In this document: positions 35,996-38,809 of the stretch, one piece after another
Layout: each line of letters starts with the position of its first letter
How positions within the stretch are numbered: position 1 is the stretch's first letter
DNA from: Chitinophaga sp.
Lineage (GTDB): Bacteria; Bacteroidota; Bacteroidia; Chitinophagales; Chitinophagaceae
DNA length: 38,809 nucleotides
Assembly (NCBI RefSeq): GCF_036566945.1
Contig: NZ_DATCVJ010000399.1
Coordinates: 1 to 38,809, forward strand
Reading direction: 5' to 3'
Made by a program: the position numbers and the translations under genes
Notes under the pieces: generated by a model
The model's input: the letters and a program-made list of their open reading frames with translations, nothing else
Database searches by the model: none
Told to the model about the DNA's origin: nothing

Positions 35996-38809
35996 ATGCA
36001 AAAATTTACTCTTTTGCCTGGTGCAAAAGCGCAGGGTCATGCCCCGTGCCTGCACAGGAAAGTGGTTATCAACCAACGAACACTGCACCTTTTTATGAGA
36101 TTAAATGTAATTGCTGCCGTCATTACCTTTACCAGCACACAATTGCTGATGGCAGCTCCCGGCAAGGGGCAAACCATGGATAAGGCTACGGTTACACTCA
36201 ATGTACAGCATGAGTCGCTGAAAGCGGCCCTGTCACGCATTGAACGCCAGAAAGAAGTACGTTTTATTTATAGCCAGGAACAGGTGGCTGCTTTCAACGA
36301 TATCAGTATCCCTAAAGGTACCCGTACTATCGGAGAACAACTGGACCTGCTGCTGGCCGGAACTTCCCTGCGCTACCGCGTGGTGAACGATCACTTTATT
36401 ATTTATAACCCGTCAGGCGAAACACCCGCCACCACCGGCACTGAAACAGTGGTCAAGGAAGAAGGCGTTATTCGTGGTAAGATAACGGATGCCAAAGGCG
36501 ACCCTGTTGTAGGCGCAACAGTACATGTGTCTGGCACTACCTATGGCAGCACTACCAATGCGGAAGGCGTATTCGTCATCAAAGGATTGAAAGAAGGTAG
36601 TTACACTATTACTGCTTCTTCCATTGGTTTTGAGAAAAACAGTAAGACGGTTACTCTCAGCGGTAAAGAAGCGATCGTAAACCTGTCCTTACCCGATGGC
36701 CTTAACCCACTCAATGAAGTGGTGGTAGTGGCCTATGGTACCCAGAAACGCTCCAGCTTCACCGGTTCTGCCGCCACCCTGAAAGCAGAAGCCTTTGAAG
36801 GCTCTCCCCGCGCTTCTGTACAGGAAAACCTGCAGGGAAATGTAGCCGGCGTGATGGCCAGCAATGGTACCGGCCAGCCAGGCGCTGCACCGGATATCCG
36901 CGTAAGAGGCGTAGGCTCTGTGAACGCAGGCAGCTCACCCTTGTATGTGGTAGATGGTATTCCACTCGCCGCCACCAGCGTAAGCAGCCTGAATAATGCC
37001 GACATTGAAAGCTTTACCGTATTGAAAGATGCAGCGGCTGCCTCTATCTATGGCTCTCGTGCCGCAAATGGGGTAATACTGATCACCACTAAAAAAGGAA
37101 AAAGCGGCAAAACAAAATTCAACGCTTCCTCTCAGTTTGGATTCAATAAAGTAACGCTGAATAAAGATCTCTACCCACTCAATACCACTGAAATGCTGGA
37201 GTTGTTGAGAGAAGGCGTAAAAAATGCCGGTAAAGATGAAGCCTACTTTCAGTCGGAACTTAAAACCGCTGGTATTGATACAACTGTTAATACAGACTGG
37301 TTTGATGTGCTGACCCGCAATGGCCAGTTCCAGCAATATGATCTCTCCGCCAGCGGTGGTACCGATAAAACAACTTTCTATGGTTCCGGTAGTTACTACA
37401 CCAGCAAAGCCGCCCTGGAAGGAAGTGAGTTTAAACGCGCTACGGGTAACTTTAAATTAAGCAATAAGGCTACTGATAAATTATCTTTCAAAATAGGACT
37501 GCAACTGAGTTATCGTCAGCGCCGTGATCAACCGGATGAAGGCTCCAATGGCAACCCGGTGCGGATGTACAAACGCTATATGCCCTGGCTGCGCGTGTAT
37601 AATGCAGATGGAAGCTATGATGTGAGCTACCTGAATAAATACAACCCGCTGGCAGTAGTAAGAGAAAACTGGAACATCCGCTCCGACTACGGCGCCGTAG
37701 GAAATGCCAGCGCAAAATATGACTTCACAAAATCACTCAGCCTGGAAAATCAGTCCAGCATCGATTTTAATTACAACGATATACAACTGTTTTACAAAAG
37801 CGGCATCGGTACTGCACGTACCAATGGAGGAGAAGCCACTTACTCAACTTATAAAACATTCAATTGGGTAAATACCAGTATTCTCCGTTTCAATAAAGAC
37901 TTTGGCGAACATGGGGTAAACGCTTACCTGGGCTATGAAGCACAGCAGGTAAGTGCAGGTGGCAACAGTGCCTCCGTGCAAAATTTTCTGCCGGGCAGCT
38001 ATACCATGGACAACGCGGCGATTGCCACTGCAGCAGGATCGAATGTAACTGGTAATTCACTCAATTCATTTTTTGCCAACGCCGGATATAATTTTAAATC
38101 CCGCTATTACCTCAGTGCCTCTGTACGCCGTGATGGATCTTCCCGTTTCGGAACGGAAAAGAAATTTGGTAACTTCTGGTCGGTAGGCGCTTCCTGGAAT
38201 ATGGCAGATGAAGCATTTATGAAATCGGTGCGTGCCATGTCTGAGCTTCGTCTCCGTACCAGCTACGGTGTAAACGGTAACCAGGATATCGGAAACTTTG
38301 TTTCCCGTGCCTTGTATAGCAACACCGACTATAACCAGAATCCCGGCTACTATTTTTCACAATTTGGCAATACCAGCCTGACCTGGGAAAAGAATAAACC
38401 ATTTAACGTAGGACTGGACTTTGGTGTGCTGGCCAATCGTATCACCGGTACCATAGAATACTATACCCGTAAAACAACGGATCTGTTGCTGGATATGCCA
38501 ATTTCTGCTACCAATGGCCTCAGCAGCCTGTACTCCAATGTGGGCGAAATGAAAAACAGCGGATGGGAATTCCAGATAAATACACAGAATATCGTATCCC
38601 GCAACCAGGGCTTTGCGTGGAATACCAGCTTTAATATTTCTACTTTAAAGAATGAAGTCACGGCGTTGAACAGTCCTATTATTTCTGGTTATTATGATCG
38701 TCATGTTGGCGGCGATTTTTACCAGCTCTATATGAAAGGATATGCCGGCGTTGATCCACAGAATGGAGAATCACTTTGGTATACCGACGCAACTAAAACC
38801 AAAACGACC
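35996..38809 (+). CDS. susC: SusC/RagA TonB-dependent transducer with N-terminal STN-like signalling domain (3'-truncated by the window)
   Basis: Not in the ORF track because there is no stop in the window. Hand translation from ATG 35996 (or 36095) gives ESLKAALSRIERQKEVRFIYS, EVVVVAYG, PLYVVDG, LKDAAAASIYGSRAANGVILITTKKG, RRDGSSRFG. Confidence 0.93.
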   Translation, partial: MQKFTLLPGAKAQGHAPCLHRKVVINQRTLHLFMRLNVIAAVITFTSTQLLMAAPGKGQTMDKATVTLNVQHESLKAALSRIERQKEVRFIYSQEQVAAFNDISIPKGTRTIGEQLDLLLAGTSLRYRVVNDHFIIYNPSGETPATTGTETVVKEEGVIRGKITDAKGDPVVGATVHVSGTTYGSTTNAEGVFVIKGLKEGSYTITASSIGFEKNSKTVTLSGKEAIVNLSLPDGLNPLNEVVVVAYGTQKRSSFTGSAATLKAEAFEGSPRASVQENLQGNVAGVMASNGTGQPGAAPDIRVRGVGSVNAGSSPLYVVDGIPLAATSVSSLNNADIESFTVLKDAAAASIYGSRAANGVILITTKKGKSGKTKFNASSQFGFNKVTLNKDLYPLNTTEMLELLREGVKNAGKDEAYFQSELKTAGIDTTVNTDWFDVLTRNGQFQQYDLSASGGTDKTTFYGSGSYYTSKAALEGSEFKRATGNFKLSNKATDKLSFKIGLQLSYRQRRDQPDEGSNGNPVRMYKRYMPWLRVYNADGSYDVSYLNKYNPLAVVRENWNIRSDYGAVGNASAKYDFTKSLSLENQSSIDFNYNDIQLFYKSGIGTARTNGGEATYSTYKTFNWVNTSILRFNKDFGEHGVNAYLGYEAQQVSAGGNSASVQNFLPGSYTMDNAAIATAAGSNVTGNSLNSFFANAGYNFKSRYYLSASVRRDGSSRFGTEKKFGNFWSVGASWNMADEAFMKSVRAMSELRLRTSYGVNGNQDIGNFVSRALYSNTDYNQNPGYYFSQFGNTSLTWEKNKPFNVGLDFGVLANRITGTIEYYTRKTTDLLLDMPISATNGLSSLYSNVGEMKNSGWEFQINTQNIVSRNQGFAWNTSFNISTLKNEVTALNSPIISGYYDRHVGGDFYQLYMKGYAGVDPQNGESLWYTDATKTKTT

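Noticed and set aside
1-38809. Mobile elements, defence systems, tRNA/rRNA, frameshifted pseudogenes
   Set aside because: No transposase, integrase, phage or defence-like ORFs or structural RNA genes recognised. All main CDSs appear intact apart from the window-truncated susC.

Overview
Carbohydrate-catabolism region of a Bacteroidota genome. SusC/SusD, ECF-sigma/FecR and TAnnTTTG promoters indicate the phylum; Chitinophagaceae-like is my inference. Left to right: (1) 72-12938, minus strand: a SusC/SusD locus with no classical glycoside hydrolase. It encodes a cytochrome-c/beta-propeller lipoprotein, a DUF4432 aldose-epimerase-like protein, an atypical PMI-like cupin, a TIM-barrel isomerase/lyase, a Gfo/Idh/MocA dehydrogenase and a DUF1080 lipoprotein, suggesting an oxidation-elimination-hydration (3-keto-glycoside) type pathway. 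A divergent SGNH esterase follows. (2) 14092-17628: an SD-led mini-ORF/sRNA candidate, a DEDDh exoribonuclease, an orphan MacB-type permease with a sigma54/IHF/UAS promoter layout, and a VF530 protein. (3) 17677-30919: a GntR regulator divergent from an L-rhamnose operon (rhaT, aldolase-SDR fusion, rhaI, kinase), then an esterase and GH106 and GH78 rhamnosidases. (4) A hypothetical protein, a SRPBCC-MarR pair with an operator, and a Tat-exported Gfo/Idh/MocA protein. (5) ECF sigma, FecR and a second SusC that runs off the window end and is missing from the ORF track. A 10-bp-phased CA(G/T)GACAG repeat lies upstream of susC, rhaT and GH106, hinting that blocks 1 and 3 form one GntR regulon. I saw no rRNA, tRNA, CRISPR or mobile element. 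All family calls come from motif recognition by eye, not database searches.
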